A stretch of DNA of 64,000 nt from Negativicutes bacterium (GCA_963665275.2 CAXXIN010000018.1:352001-416000); one strand, 5' to 3'; shown: positions 42,662-53,350, counted from the first letter of the stretch. Numbers and translations: made by a program. The notes: a model not told the origin generated them from the letters alone.

Positions 42662-44383
42662 ATGTTCTATCGCATTAACATGGGAGACCTTTCCGTAAAG
42701 TCTGAAGCCGGGGAAGGTTACCAAGGACTGGGCGGCCGTGCTTTGAGTTCTCGAATTGTGGAACTGGAAGTTGATCCATCGGCGCATCCGCTAGGCGAAA
42801 AAAATAAACTCGTATTCGCAACTAGTCTGTTGTCAGGCACCGGTGCGCCGAATGGGGGCAGAATGTCTCTGGGCGCCAAGAGCCCATTGACCGAAGGCAT
42901 CAAGGAAAGCAATGTCGGCGGCGCAATGGGAATGAAACTGGGCCGAATGGGAATCAGGGGTATTGTCGTTGAAGGTCTGCCCAAAACGGCAGGAACCTAT
43001 GTCATCAAAGTGACGTCTGCGGGTGTTGCGCTTGAAGATATGCCTGAGTTGAAAGGTCTTGATATTTACGCGACGGTTGCCAAATTGCAGGATAAGTTTG
43101 GTGATAAAGTTGCAATCGGCTGTATCGGTACAGCCGGCGAAAATAAAATGACAGCGGCCTGTGTTGGGTTTACCGACATGGAGGGAGCTCCGACCCGTCA
43201 GGCTGGCCGCGGCGGATTGGGCGCCGTTATGGGAAGCAAGGGCCTCAAGGCGATCGTAGTCGATGACAGCGGAGTCAATAAGCTTAGTTTAGTCGATGAA
43301 GCTGCTTACCGAGCCGGCGCCAAGAAACTGGCCAATGCATTGATGACTCATCCAGTTACCAGCCAGGGGCTTCCTGCATATGGAACAGCTATACTGGTGA
43401 ATATTTTGAGTGAGGCTGGCGGAATACCGACACGTAATTTCAGTTCCGGTCGGTTTGAAGGGGCTAATGATATCGGCGGAGAAACGATGTCTGCCGTGAT
43501 CAATGAACGGGGCGGCAAAACTGGACACGGATGTTCTCCTGGATGCATGATCCGCTGTTCTCAGATTTACAAAGATAAAGATGGCCATGTGCTCACCGGG
43601 GGATTCGAGTACGAAAGTATCTGGTCGCTCGGTGCGAATTGCGGAATCAATAACTTGGATGATATCGCGCTGATGAATCGACTCTGCGATGATTATGGTG
43701 TGGATACTATCGATACAGGTGTGGCTTTGGGTGTGTTGATGGAAGCTGGGGTGCTGAAGTTTGGCGACAGCAAGGGCGCCATCGCCCTCATTCAGGAAAT
43801 CGGCAAAGCTTCACCGCTCGGACGAATTATCGGCGCTGGGGCCGCGATTACAGGAAAAGTGTACGGAATGCGACGGGTGCCTGTAGTCAAAGGCCAGGCC
43901 ATTCCCGCGTATGACCCGCGCGCAGTCAAAGGACAGGGCGTAACGTATGCCACTACCCCGATGGGAGCCGACCATACTGCCGGCTATGCCGTGACCGCCA
44001 ACATTCTGAGCGTCGGCGGCAAAGTCGATCCGCTGAGCCCAGTCGGTCAGGTTGATCTGTCGCGCAATCTGCAGATCGCAACGGCCTTTGTCGATAGCAC
44101 GGGCCTGTGCCTGTTTGTTGCGTTTGCCATTCTGGACATCCCCGAGGGGTTGGAAGGAATCGTGGAAATGTGCAATGCTCGTTTTGGTTGGAACAAAACC
44201 ACCGACGACTATATCGAAATGGGTAAGCAGGTTTTGCGTGACGAGCGCTCGTTCAACAAAAAAGCCGGCTTCGCTGAAGGATCGGATGATTTACCTGATT
44301 TCTTCCGCACGGAACCTTTGCCGCCACATAATGTGGTATTTGATGTTCCGAAGGAGGACTTGAACACAGTTTTCAATTTCTAG
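42662..44383 (+). CDS. aor: tungsten-containing aldehyde:ferredoxin oxidoreductase family protein
   Basis: KSPLT.GI.ESN.GG, GRGGLGAVMGSK.LKAI, C..GC..RC, EYE, DTI, DS.GLC; adjacent moeA and tup genes. Confidence 0.9.
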   Translation: MFYRINMGDLSVKSEAGEGYQGLGGRALSSRIVELEVDPSAHPLGEKNKLVFATSLLSGTGAPNGGRMSLGAKSPLTEGIKESNVGGAMGMKLGRMGIRGIVVEGLPKTAGTYVIKVTSAGVALEDMPELKGLDIYATVAKLQDKFGDKVAIGCIGTAGENKMTAACVGFTDMEGAPTRQAGRGGLGAVMGSKGLKAIVVDDSGVNKLSLVDEAAYRAGAKKLANALMTHPVTSQGLPAYGTAILVNILSEAGGIPTRNFSSGRFEGANDIGGETMSAVINERGGKTGHGCSPGCMIRCSQIYKDKDGHVLTGGFEYESIWSLGANCGINNLDDIALMNRLCDDYGVDTIDTGVALGVLMEAGVLKFGDSKGAIALIQEIGKASPLGRIIGAGAAITGKVYGMRRVPVVKGQAIPAYDPRAVKGQGVTYATTPMGADHTAGYAVTANILSVGGKVDPLSPVGQVDLSRNLQIATAFVDSTGLCLFVAFAILDIPEGLEGIVEMCNARFGWNKTTDDYIEMGKQVLRDERSFNKKAGFAEGSDDLPDFFRTEPLPPHNVVFDVPKEDLNTVFNF

Positions 44384-44403
44384 GAATCGATAGTTAACCA
44401 ATA

Positions 44404-44429
44404 GCCTGGCTGGATTGATCCAGCCAGGC
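44404..44429 (+). terminator. hairpin after aor
   Basis: GCCTGGCTGGAT/ATCCAGCCAGGC perfect inverted repeat. Confidence 0.55.
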
Positions 44430-44525
44430 GTATTTTCAATGTCGATCCCAATGATGCATCAGCCTGATGTTGCCAGGCTTTTTCTTATTCTTTATTACAA
44501 ACACCTTTGTGAAATGAGGGGTTTC

Positions 44526-45767
44526 ATGGATTTCTTGAACTGCATGGAGTTCGACAAGGCACAGAAACTGATCCGCCAAAGCCTTGAAGGCATTATAATT
44601 GAAGGGGAACTCGTGGAATTGTCTGTTTCTTTAGGGCGCATTACCTCGGAAGAGATCCGCTCAACAGAGGATTTGCCGCCCTTTGCTCGTTCCACGGTAG
44701 ATGGTTATGCTGTGCGAAGTGAAGATACTTTCGGTGCGAGTGAGTCTGCAGCGTCCCTCTTCGTGATAGTCGGTGAAGTGCTAATGGGCAGAAGCACGAA
44801 TCTGGAACTTTGTTCCGGTGAGGCGGCAATTATTCCAACAGGCGGCATGTTGCCGACTGGCGCAGATGCGGTTGCGATGTTGGAATATACAGAACAACCG
44901 GATCGGCGAACTCTTTTGGTACAAAAAATGGTCGCTCCCTATGAGAATATCGTAACCCGGGGAGAGGATGTTGCGGCAGGCGCGGTGATAGTTGGAGCGG
45001 GAGTAAGGCTTACACCACAGCATATCGGGCTGTTAGCCGCCTGCGGTTGTCATCATTTGATGGTGCGAAAAAAAATAAAAGTTGCATTACTCTCAAGCGG
45101 CGATGAACTGATCGACATTCATGAAACACCATCCATTGGTCAAATAAGGGATGTTAATTCCTATTCGTTGTCTGCGCTGTTAATGGAGTTGGGGTGTGAG
45201 GTTGATCGTATCGGCATCATTAAAGACTGTTATGATCATTTCTTGTCAAGCCTGAAACAAGCTGTTGAACGATGCCAAATGGTGGTGATTTCCGGCGGAA
45301 GCTCCGTGGGAGTCAAAGATTTCACGGTTCCGGCAATTCAGGCGCTGAGCGCGCCGGGAATATTAATTCATGGATTGGCCATCAAGCCAGGAAAACCGAC
45401 CATTTTCGGTATGGCTGGCGATGTTCCGGTCTTCGGTTTGCCGGGGCATCCTGTGGCGGCACTGACTGTATGTGGTCAGGTGGTTGCCGCCGCAGTTCGT
45501 CAAATGACAGGCTGGCAGCCAATGAGTGCTGCGAGGGGCGTTCCAGCTGTGTTAACCCGGAATATCGCATCGGCGCCGGGGCGTGACGACTTCATTAATG
45601 TAAGGCTGAATAAAACCGATGATGGATATACAGCTGAACCAGTCTTCGGGAAGTCTGGCCTAATCAGCATCATGACGCAAGCCGACGGAGTAGTGCATAT
45701 CCCGTTGGAAAAAAGCGGCCTATACGAGGGTGAGCGGGTTATCGTCAATCTTAGGACAGAAAGGTGA
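44526..45767 (+). CDS. moeA: molybdopterin molybdenum/tungsten transferase
   Basis: PPF.RS.VDGYA, TGG.LP.GADAV, GDEL, SGGSSVG..D, KPGKP, GLPGHP. Confidence 0.93.
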   Translation: MDFLNCMEFDKAQKLIRQSLEGIIIEGELVELSVSLGRITSEEIRSTEDLPPFARSTVDGYAVRSEDTFGASESAASLFVIVGEVLMGRSTNLELCSGEAAIIPTGGMLPTGADAVAMLEYTEQPDRRTLLVQKMVAPYENIVTRGEDVAAGAVIVGAGVRLTPQHIGLLAACGCHHLMVRKKIKVALLSSGDELIDIHETPSIGQIRDVNSYSLSALLMELGCEVDRIGIIKDCYDHFLSSLKQAVERCQMVVISGGSSVGVKDFTVPAIQALSAPGILIHGLAIKPGKPTIFGMAGDVPVFGLPGHPVAALTVCGQVVAAAVRQMTGWQPMSAARGVPAVLTRNIASAPGRDDFINVRLNKTDDGYTAEPVFGKSGLISIMTQADGVVHIPLEKSGLYEGERVIVNLRTER

Positions 45768-47739
45768 GTGGAGGGTTTTGCGGAGTAATAAGGCCTATCT
45801 GAATTGTCAGACCCGTCAGCAGGCACAGGAGTTATGGCGGCAAAAGTTGCTCGATATTGGCTTCTTTTCCCACCTACCGGTCGAAACAATTGGCGTTGAC
45901 GACTCTTTAGGGCGGGTCACGGCTTATTCTGTGTATGCCAGACAGTCTGCACCTCATTATAATAGTGCTGCGATGGATGGGATTGCCGTTAGGGCTTCGG
46001 ACACCTTCGGTGCACAGGAAACAGCGCCGCGGCAACTCAGGATTCTGTCACATAATATCCCTTTTGTCGCTGGATCCTGTTATGTAGTCGATACTGGAGA
46101 TTTGATGCCGGTTGGAACCAATGCTGTCATCATGATTGAAGACGTTCATTCCGCTTCTTCTGTGGCGGAAATCAACGCCGCTGCATCCCCCTGGCAACAC
46201 GTCCGAATTATCGGAGAAGATATTGTGGCCAATGAATTGGTCATACCAGAGCATCAAGCTATTTCTCCAGTCGGCATTGCCGCGTTGATGGCGGCAGGGC
46301 TTGAAACAGTCCAGGTGCTGATTCGACCACGAGTGGCAGTGATTCCTACCGGCGATGAAATCGTGGGCACTTATCGCGAATTAAAACCAGGAATGATTCT
46401 GGATGTTAATTCCCACATGCTTGCGGCCGCAGTACGTGAATGGGGGGGATTACCGTATCGCCACCCGATTGTCAGGGATGATCCGGCAGCTTTGAAGCAG
46501 GTTGTAAGTGAAGAATTGGCCAATAGTGATATCGTTTTGGTCAATGCAGGCACTTCGGCCGGAACGGAAGATTTCACTTCGGATATACTCGGCCAACTCG
46601 GAGAAGTGCTGGTTCACGGAGTATCGATAAAACCAGGTAAACCCGTAATATTAGCGATTTGTGAGGGTAAGCCCGTGATCGGCTTACCGGGGTACCCTGT
46701 TTCTGCAATGTTGACGGCAGAGTTGTTCGTCAGGGATATATTATTGGAACGACAAAAATTGCCTCAGGTCGAACACCGGCAAATTGATGCAACGCTAGTC
46801 CGGCAAGTTCCTTCTACTGTTGGTGTTGAAGAGTATGTGCGGGTCTCAGTGGGCAACGTGCAGGGGAGAATGGTCGCTGCTCCGCTGAATCGTGGCGCAG
46901 GTCTCATTTCCTCTCTGACTAGGGCACAGGGGATTATCAGTATCAATGCTGGAAGTTCAGGACTAAGCGCGGGATCCTTGTCTAGCGTGCGGTTGCTGCG
47001 CGGATCTCGTCCAAATAATAATATTTTAGCCGTAGGTAGTCATGATCTGGCTTTGGAATTGTTGGGAATTCATCTCAGGCGGCGGCGCGGAGATGTATCA
47101 CTATCCTGCGCCAATGTTGGCAGCATGGGCGGAATTCTGGCGATTCGCAACAATGAGGCGCACCTTGCAGGCATTCATTTGCTGGATGAAACAACGGGTG
47201 CATACAATGTGGCTCAAGTAGAAAAATTTTTGCCCCACGTAGCCTGGCGCCTGGTTCATCTGGCCATGCGGCAGCAAGGGCTCATGGTGGCGCCCGGCAA
47301 CCCGAAAGGAATCTCACAACTGAGTTGCCTGGCGCGCCCCGACATCACATTCATCAATCGCCAACGGGGCTCTGGTACCCGGATGTTGTTAGATTATGAA
47401 CTGTCCAAGCTGGGCATTAACAGTCAACAGATCAATGGTTATGAAAAGGAAGTTGGTACCCACATGACGGTTGCCGCTTCGGTTGCTTCAGGCACAATTG
47501 ACGTCGGATTGGGAGTTCAGGCAGCTGCGAAAGCGTTAGGGCTGAATTTTTTGCCTGTGGCATCTGAACAATACGATCTGTTGATGAATTTCGCGCCACA
47601 TGACGAACGGATGGCGCTGATCATCGGTATTTTGCAATCTCCTGAATTTAGGTCTGATGTTGAAGCCTTGGGAGGCTATGATCTGGGCAATGCAGGAAGA
47701 TTGATCGCAGTTGGCAGTGGCGGAGCCGGTTTGATGTGA
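45730..47739 (+). CDS. MoeA fused to a C-terminal PBP (HcbC/LysR-substrate-like) domain; start may be TTG at 45778
   Basis: SAAMDGIA, GDE, GTSAG.ED, KPGKP, PGYPVSA; then GSHD, GS.GG, NRQ.GSGTR. Confidence 0.88.
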   Translation: MSGLSSILGQKGEWRVLRSNKAYLNCQTRQQAQELWRQKLLDIGFFSHLPVETIGVDDSLGRVTAYSVYARQSAPHYNSAAMDGIAVRASDTFGAQETAPRQLRILSHNIPFVAGSCYVVDTGDLMPVGTNAVIMIEDVHSASSVAEINAAASPWQHVRIIGEDIVANELVIPEHQAISPVGIAALMAAGLETVQVLIRPRVAVIPTGDEIVGTYRELKPGMILDVNSHMLAAAVREWGGLPYRHPIVRDDPAALKQVVSEELANSDIVLVNAGTSAGTEDFTSDILGQLGEVLVHGVSIKPGKPVILAICEGKPVIGLPGYPVSAMLTAELFVRDILLERQKLPQVEHRQIDATLVRQVPSTVGVEEYVRVSVGNVQGRMVAAPLNRGAGLISSLTRAQGIISINAGSSGLSAGSLSSVRLLRGSRPNNNILAVGSHDLALELLGIHLRRRRGDVSLSCANVGSMGGILAIRNNEAHLAGIHLLDETTGAYNVAQVEKFLPHVAWRLVHLAMRQQGLMVAPGNPKGISQLSCLARPDITFINRQRGSGTRMLLDYELSKLGINSQQINGYEKEVGTHMTVAASVASGTIDVGLGVQAAAKALGLNFLPVASEQYDLLMNFAPHDERMALIIGILQSPEFRSDVEALGGYDLGNAGRLIAVGSGGAGLM

Positions 47740-47759
47740 CAATAGAGGGGGTGCGTTGT

Positions 47760-48044
47760 GTGCCAGGATATATTGAAGTCCGTTTCTTCATGTTTCTGAC
47801 AAAATTATGTCAAGAAAGAAATTGGCCCAGTCCGATGCAGGTTGAGTTGGCGGATGAGATTTCTGGGATAGCTCTATTGGAAAAATTAGACGTTCCTGCC
47901 GAAAAAGTAGAGGTATTGTTGGTTAACGGAAAGGCGTTCAGACCGGAGGAGGCTACAATTCATCCAGGGGATCGCGTGGCGCTTCTGCCGCCAGGAACAC
48001 CGGGCCCTTATCGGGTAATGTTGGGTTTTAAAAAAATGTCCTGA
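47760..48044 (+). CDS. MoaD/ThiS-fold protein lacking the C-terminal Gly-Gly
   Basis: V.FF..L, VNG, GDRVALLPP beta-grasp pattern; ends GTPGPYRVMLGFKKMS. Confidence 0.75.
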   Translation: MPGYIEVRFFMFLTKLCQERNWPSPMQVELADEISGIALLEKLDVPAEKVEVLLVNGKAFRPEEATIHPGDRVALLPPGTPGPYRVMLGFKKMS

Positions 48045-48048
48045 TGAT

Positions 48049-48303
48049 ATGGAGGGTTCTGAAATGCAGACGGAGGTTCATCTTTTCGCCACATTACGGC
48101 AACATTCGCCAAACAATGCACCTACCGGTGTGTTTTTAGTGACTTTGCCTGAAGGCAGCACAGTGGAAACTTTGCTGGAGAAGATCGGAATCAGTCCTGA
48201 AAAAGTGCACATGCGTATGGTGAACGGTGTAGGGGTAACAGAGGACTACAGCCTAAAAGATAATGACCGGGTTGGACTTTTTCCACCGATAGGCGGCGGC
48301 TAA
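48049..48303 (+). CDS. MoaD/ThiS family sulfur carrier
   Basis: V.LFATLR, VNG, DRVGLFPPIGGG C-terminus. Confidence 0.9.
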   Translation: MEGSEMQTEVHLFATLRQHSPNNAPTGVFLVTLPEGSTVETLLEKIGISPEKVHMRMVNGVGVTEDYSLKDNDRVGLFPPIGGG

Positions 48304-49035
48304 ATGGCCCGTTCGGAGTCTTTATCAGAATTGATGTCAGGTCAAATGCCCGAACGCTACTTGCGCAATTTGGGCACGATTGGGATTGCCGGGCAGCTAC
48401 TTCTGCTCCAGGCAACGGTTGCGGTTATCGGTGCTGGCGGCTTGGGTGGTCATGTCATTGAATTGCTGTCTAGGCAAGGGGTCGGCCATTTGGTAGTTAT
48501 CGACGGCGATTCCTTTACCCGGCACAATCTGAACCGGCAGATTCTCGCAACGGAGCGTACATTGGGCATGAATAAGGCTATAGTTGCGGCGGCCCGCGTG
48601 GCTGATATCAATCCGGACGTGCAGGTGAAGGCCTGTTCGGTGATGTTGGACGCAGCCAATGCCCTGGATTTGTTGTCGGGAATGAATGTTGTTGTTGATG
48701 CACTCGATTCGATCGGCAACCGCCGTATGTTGTTTCGAATCGCGCAGGAATTGCGAATTCCTCTTGTTCATGCGGCTATTGCGGGGTTTACCGGCCAGGT
48801 TTCCACAGTTATGCCAGAAGATCAGGGCGTCGCGGCTTTATTTGCAAAAGCGGCGCCATCGGATCGAGGCGTCGAAGTATTACTGGGAAATCCCGCAACC
48901 ACACCGGCTGTAGCCGCCGCACTGCAGTCCCAGGAAGTGATTAAACTCATCACAGGGGTGGGGCAGCCTTTGAACAGGCAACTGCTCTATTTTGATCTGG
49001 AGTACAATTTGTTCGAAAAAATTCAATTGGAATGA
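48304..49035 (+). CDS. HesA/MoeB/ThiF family adenylyltransferase
   Basis: RY.RN, VIGAGGLGG, D.D....NLNRQ, DALD. Confidence 0.9.
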   Translation: MARSESLSELMSGQMPERYLRNLGTIGIAGQLLLLQATVAVIGAGGLGGHVIELLSRQGVGHLVVIDGDSFTRHNLNRQILATERTLGMNKAIVAAARVADINPDVQVKACSVMLDAANALDLLSGMNVVVDALDSIGNRRMLFRIAQELRIPLVHAAIAGFTGQVSTVMPEDQGVAALFAKAAPSDRGVEVLLGNPATTPAVAAALQSQEVIKLITGVGQPLNRQLLYFDLEYNLFEKIQLE

Positions 49036-49928
49036 GGGTAAAGACAATTATGCGTAAAATTTTACTTGGTTCTCTATTTGTGTTGATTTTGGGACTTTAT
49101 ACGGGGTGCGGTACATCCCAGACATCGAATCCTGCCCCTGCGCCAGTGACAAAAACACCTGGCAATGTAAATATCATCCTGGCGACTACTACCAGCACCC
49201 AGGATAGTGGGTTATTGGATGTGCTGATACCTGCTTTTGAAAAGAAAACCGGTTACAAGGTCAAGACGATTGCCGTCGGTACTGGCCAGGCTCTGGCGCT
49301 GGGAGAAAAAGGCGAAGCAGATGTACTGCTGGTCCATGCGCCCCAGGCAGAAAAAAAAGTGGTGGAAGCGGGAGCGGCTATCCATCGTCGTTTGGTTATG
49401 CACAACGACTTCATTCTAGTTGGACCGGAGTCTGATATTGCCAAAATTAAAGGAAAGTCTACGATTGACGCATTGAAGTCGATTGCTGCCACTTCGTCAG
49501 TATTCGTTTCACGCGGCGATGATTCGGGAACGCATAAGATGGAGATCAGTCTTTGGAAAACGGCTGCGCTCAAGCCGACCGCGCCCTGGTATCAGGAAGC
49601 GGGGGCAGGCATGGGGCAAACGCTGAAAATTGCCGACGAAAAAGCCGGATATACATTAGCGGATCGCGCAACCTATCTCGCTCAAAAGAAAAATATCAAG
49701 CTGGAAATTTTGGTGGAAGGCGATGCTAAATTGCTAAATATCTATCATGTGATGGAAGTAAATCCAGAAAAATTTGCAAAGGCAAACCAGCAAGGCGCCA
49801 AAGCGTTTAGTGAGTTTATCCTATCTGCCGAAGGGCAGGCGATCATCGCTTCCTTTGGCAAAGACAAGTACTCTCAGCCGTTGTTTTTTGCTGATGGTGG
49901 CAAATCAGAGAAGGATTTTGGACTTTAA
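49032..49928 (+). CDS. tupA: tungstate ABC transporter substrate-binding lipoprotein
   Basis: lipobox YTGC; ATTTS..DSGLL, GTG.AL, SRGDDSGTH signature. Confidence 0.92.
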   Translation: MRVKTIMRKILLGSLFVLILGLYTGCGTSQTSNPAPAPVTKTPGNVNIILATTTSTQDSGLLDVLIPAFEKKTGYKVKTIAVGTGQALALGEKGEADVLLVHAPQAEKKVVEAGAAIHRRLVMHNDFILVGPESDIAKIKGKSTIDALKSIAATSSVFVSRGDDSGTHKMEISLWKTAALKPTAPWYQEAGAGMGQTLKIADEKAGYTLADRATYLAQKKNIKLEILVEGDAKLLNIYHVMEVNPEKFAKANQQGAKAFSEFILSAEGQAIIASFGKDKYSQPLFFADGGKSEKDFGL

Positions 49929-49939
49929 GAGGCGGCGTT

Positions 49940-50638
49940 ATGATTTCAGAGGGTATCACGCAGGCATTTCAATTAATGGTTACCTACGATCCGGAAATCG
50001 TATCAGTTATGCTGCTGACATTGCAGGTTTCGGGCACAGCCACAGTATGCAGCGTTTTGCTGGGTGTTCCGTTGGGGGTCTGGCTTGCACTGAAGGAATT
50101 TAGCGGCAAACAGGTATTCAGCGGCCTGTTGAATTTTGGCATGGGCTTGCCGCCAGTCGTCGTTGGTTTATTTGTCAGTCTGTGTCTCTGGAGATATGGA
50201 CCTTTGGGCGACTGGGAGCTGATGTACACACCTGCGGCCATGATTATCGCACAAACTATCATTGCTGGTCCGATCGTTGCGGGCCTGAGTTTTGCCGCGA
50301 TCCTGAGTGTTAATCCCAAATTGCGCTTGCAATTGATATCATTGGGGGCCACACACTGGCAAGTCAGCCGGTTACTGATCAGGGAAGCTCGACTGGGACT
50401 GATGGCGGCTGTTATTGCCGGTTTTGGCCGCGTGATTTCAGAAGTGGGCGCGTCGATGATGGTGGGCGGCAACCTTAAAGGACAGACCCGCGTTTTGACG
50501 ACGGCTACCGTTATGGAAGTTGGCAAAGGAAATTATGATACCGCCATCGCAACCAGCGTTATTTTGCTTCTGGGATCGTTTGCTGTCGTAATGTTGCTGA
50601 CCTGGTTGCAACACAGTGGAAAGAGTGAACGGGTATGA
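49940..50638 (+). CDS. tupB: tungstate ABC transporter permease
   Basis: GLPPVVVGL, GPLG, FGR.ISEVGA.M.VGGN, TRVLTT. Confidence 0.92.
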   Translation: MISEGITQAFQLMVTYDPEIVSVMLLTLQVSGTATVCSVLLGVPLGVWLALKEFSGKQVFSGLLNFGMGLPPVVVGLFVSLCLWRYGPLGDWELMYTPAAMIIAQTIIAGPIVAGLSFAAILSVNPKLRLQLISLGATHWQVSRLLIREARLGLMAAVIAGFGRVISEVGASMMVGGNLKGQTRVLTTATVMEVGKGNYDTAIATSVILLLGSFAVVMLLTWLQHSGKSERV

Positions 50639-51709
50639 CAGAAATTTTGTCGTTGCAAGATGTGTCTGTCTACCGGGGCGGCAGGCAGCGGATATTGAAT
50701 ATACAATCCTTGTCAGTTCGCCGGGGTGAATTGGTTGCGTTAGTCGGTCCCAATGGAGCTGGGAAAAGCACTCTATTGCAAACAGTCAATTTGTTGCAGC
50801 CATATCAGGGAAAGTTGCGTTTGTTTGGCGATGAGGCAGGAGCGTCGAACCAATATCAATTGCGCCGGCGTTCCTCCATGGTGTTTCAGGAGACCTTGCT
50901 GCTCACTGGCAGCGTCTTCGACAATGTTGCCTGGCCGCTGAGTTTTCGCGGCATATCTTCCCGTGAAATCGAGGCTAGAGTTTACAAAGCCTTGGCCGAT
51001 TTTGGCTGCGACCATCTCGCGCAACGGCCAGCCGAAACGCTTGTCAGGCGGTGAATCACAGCGCGTCTGCATTGCCAGAGCCTTAGTGACGGAGCCGGAA
51101 TTGTTATTGTTGGACGAGCCCTTTGCCTCCCTGGACGTAGCCGTGCGAAGCTCCATGATGGAAGAAATTCGCACGGTAGCCCAAAAGAAGGGAATCACGG
51201 TATTGATGGTCAGTCATAATTTTTCGGATGTGTTGTATTTTGCGGAACGGGCTGTAGCAATCTTCGAAGGTCAGATTTTGCAGGATGACCAGCCTGAAAT
51301 TCTCATGCGGCGTCCCGTGGATGAGAAAGTGGCCCGGCTTGTGGGCATGGATAATATATTGCCTTGCAATTTAGAGCAGGACGGGGAAAAGAGGTTTGTA
51401 ACATTGACCGAGGGAATTCGCTTCGCCTATCGCGGTCCAATTGCAGCCACTACTTCCGGTTTTTGCTGTCTGCCTGGTGATGCTCTGACTCTTTGCGAGG
51501 GACAGGAAAAAGACCCGGCTGATGACCGGGTCGTGCTGGAATGTTTGATTGATCGAGTGCTGCCGGGAATTGGAACGAATCGCGTGCTAGTCAGGCTGGG
51601 GAATATGATCCTAAGTGTCCGATTGCCCCGGGATTGTGCGCCCAGCCAATTGCAGAGCGGCATTCGGATCTGGCTGCAGTTTGATCCGCAAGAAGCTCAT
51701 GTGGTATAG
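50635..51709 (+). CDS. tupC: tungstate ABC transporter ATPase; one extra base near 51034 as sequenced
   Basis: Walker A GPNGAGKST in the first frame; LSGGE, LLLDEP, SH in the second; frames join at RPA(K)RLSGG. Confidence 0.85.
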
Positions 51710-51744
51710 CTTTGTGGAGTTTGGGCTGACTCTGCCGCGATCAG

Positions 51745-52701
51745 TTAGTTAGTGAGCGTCCGAGCCAATTCCGTGAGTTCCTGAATCGTCTGGCGTCCTT
51801 CGAGAGTTACTTCTTGACCAGCAACTACCACGACAACCCTGTTAAAGATTGGAACAGCTTCCATTTTTCCTTTATCGACTTCCCGCAGGACGGATTGTCC
51901 TGACTGAGGCGCTTTACTGTTATTTGCCTGGAATCTGGAACGCTGGGTAAGGATCAGCTCGCGCGGTGTGCCTGTGTCAAAGCTTTGGCGGATGATTCCT
52001 GCGGCAGAATCATTGACGACGGAATCCGGCGTGCGACCAGGCAGACGCAAGGCAACTGTGGCAGGCGGAGATGGCGGCGGCAGAAGTGCTTTCGTCGATG
52101 CGGCTGAAGCCTTGCGGGATTGTTCTGCTGTCTGAGGGGGAGCCTCGAAGGGAAGAGCCTTAGGACTGGATGCCGGTTGAACAACTGCAGGGACCGAGGA
52201 TGAGACGGGGGGACGGTATTACTGCCGGAGATGAAGCCAGGGGTTCTTGTGGGCCGGCGAAGTTGGCGATGAAGAAGCTGGCATTGAAGCTGGCTGCATT
52301 GAGGATTCCGGCGATGACGAAGCACCGAGCGAGCGGGCTTCGGATGGTAAAGGGCCGGACACGCTTGGAGATGGTACGGTAACCATGGGCCACGACTTCC
52401 TGTATGGACGGAAATCCGTGGATGCCGGCAAATATAAGCAAGGCAGCAGCGGCTCCCAATAAGCTTGAGTATCTCAAAATCCTCAGATTGGGAGCTGGGT
52501 CAACTGTTTTTAATCCCTCGGCTGCCCGCCTGTACCTGCAGCTGACAGGATATGCTCTGGCGGTTGGACCGGTAGGTCAGCCTGGCGAAGAAGCACGGCA
52601 ATTTCAAGCAGTTCAGATATTTCTTGATCTGCAAGGTTAGGCGTCAGCCCGCAATTTATTTTATCCAGTTCTTCGTTGAGTTCATCTATTTTACTGGTCA
52701 T
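51745..52701 (-). pseudogene. putative anti-sigma factor (single-pass membrane protein), multiply frameshifted as sequenced
   Basis: ATGA overlap with the ECF stop; stitched frames give a charged N-domain, TM segment SSLLGAAAALLIFAGI, Pro/Ser-rich linker and C-domain ending EVTLEGRQTIQELTELARTL. Confidence 0.55.
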
Positions 52702-53260
52702 TTTTGCTCCAGAGCTCCTCTGTCCTGCAGTTTTTCACGCAGACTTTTTAGGGCGCGCTGCTGCAGCATCTTGATGGCGGCTTCGCTTTTTTCCATGGCG
52801 GTGGCAGCCTCTTTGACCGCGTAAGCCGGCCAGGATCCGAAGCTCGATTACCCGGCGCTGTTCGTCCCGGCAATTCAGTCAGAAGAGTGACAAGGGTGTC
52901 ACGCGTTTCCCGGTTGACTATCGTTTCCGCGGGATTTTCTCCGCCCGTAAAGTCATTCAAATGGTCGCTGATGTCGTTCATGATGGGGGAGCGGCCTTTT
53001 TTTCGCCACAAATCAGTAATCAGGTTCGTCGCAATCCGGCCGATCCAGGTGGAAAAAAGAGCATCGGTTTTCTGATAGGTGCCTAGAGTGCGAAACGCTC
53101 TGTAAAATGTCTCCTGGGCTATGTCCTGCGCTTCCTCAGGATTGCCGGTTTTAAATGAAATGAAACGATATAAAGGTTGCCAGCATTCAGCAACGATCTC
53201 GTTCAATGCATTCTTGTCTCCGGTCTTTGCTTTTTCGATCAATTCCCATTCAGCTGACAT
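52698..53260 (-). CDS. ECF-type RNA polymerase sigma factor; two +1 frameshifts in region 4 as sequenced
   Basis: A..GD..A, AQDIAQETF.RA, FSTWI.RIA.N...D.WRK; corrected 3' end LPDEQRRVIELR..G..VKEAATAMEKSEAAIKMLQQRALKSLR. Confidence 0.85.
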
Positions 53261-53350
53261 CCGTTCACCACCCTGACAAACCATTTCCAATACAGTTTAT
53301 TGTATGGTGAGAGATGTGTCGCCGTCAACTTTCAAACCTATACTTCTATT

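Noticed and set aside
44384-44525. Moco/Tuco riboswitch between aor and moeA
   Set aside because: Only two simple hairpins are visible; the conserved motif could not be recognised by eye, and an Rfam RF01055 search would be needed
32007-47739. Selenocysteine recoding in the Mo/W enzymes
   Set aside because: These ORFs are full length with no internal TGA needing read-through
52000-52460. Plus-strand ORFs and GAAGCTGG repeats suggesting a repeat array
   Set aside because: Explained by the Pro/Ser/Ala-rich linker of the minus-strand membrane protein; no regular repeat-spacer period
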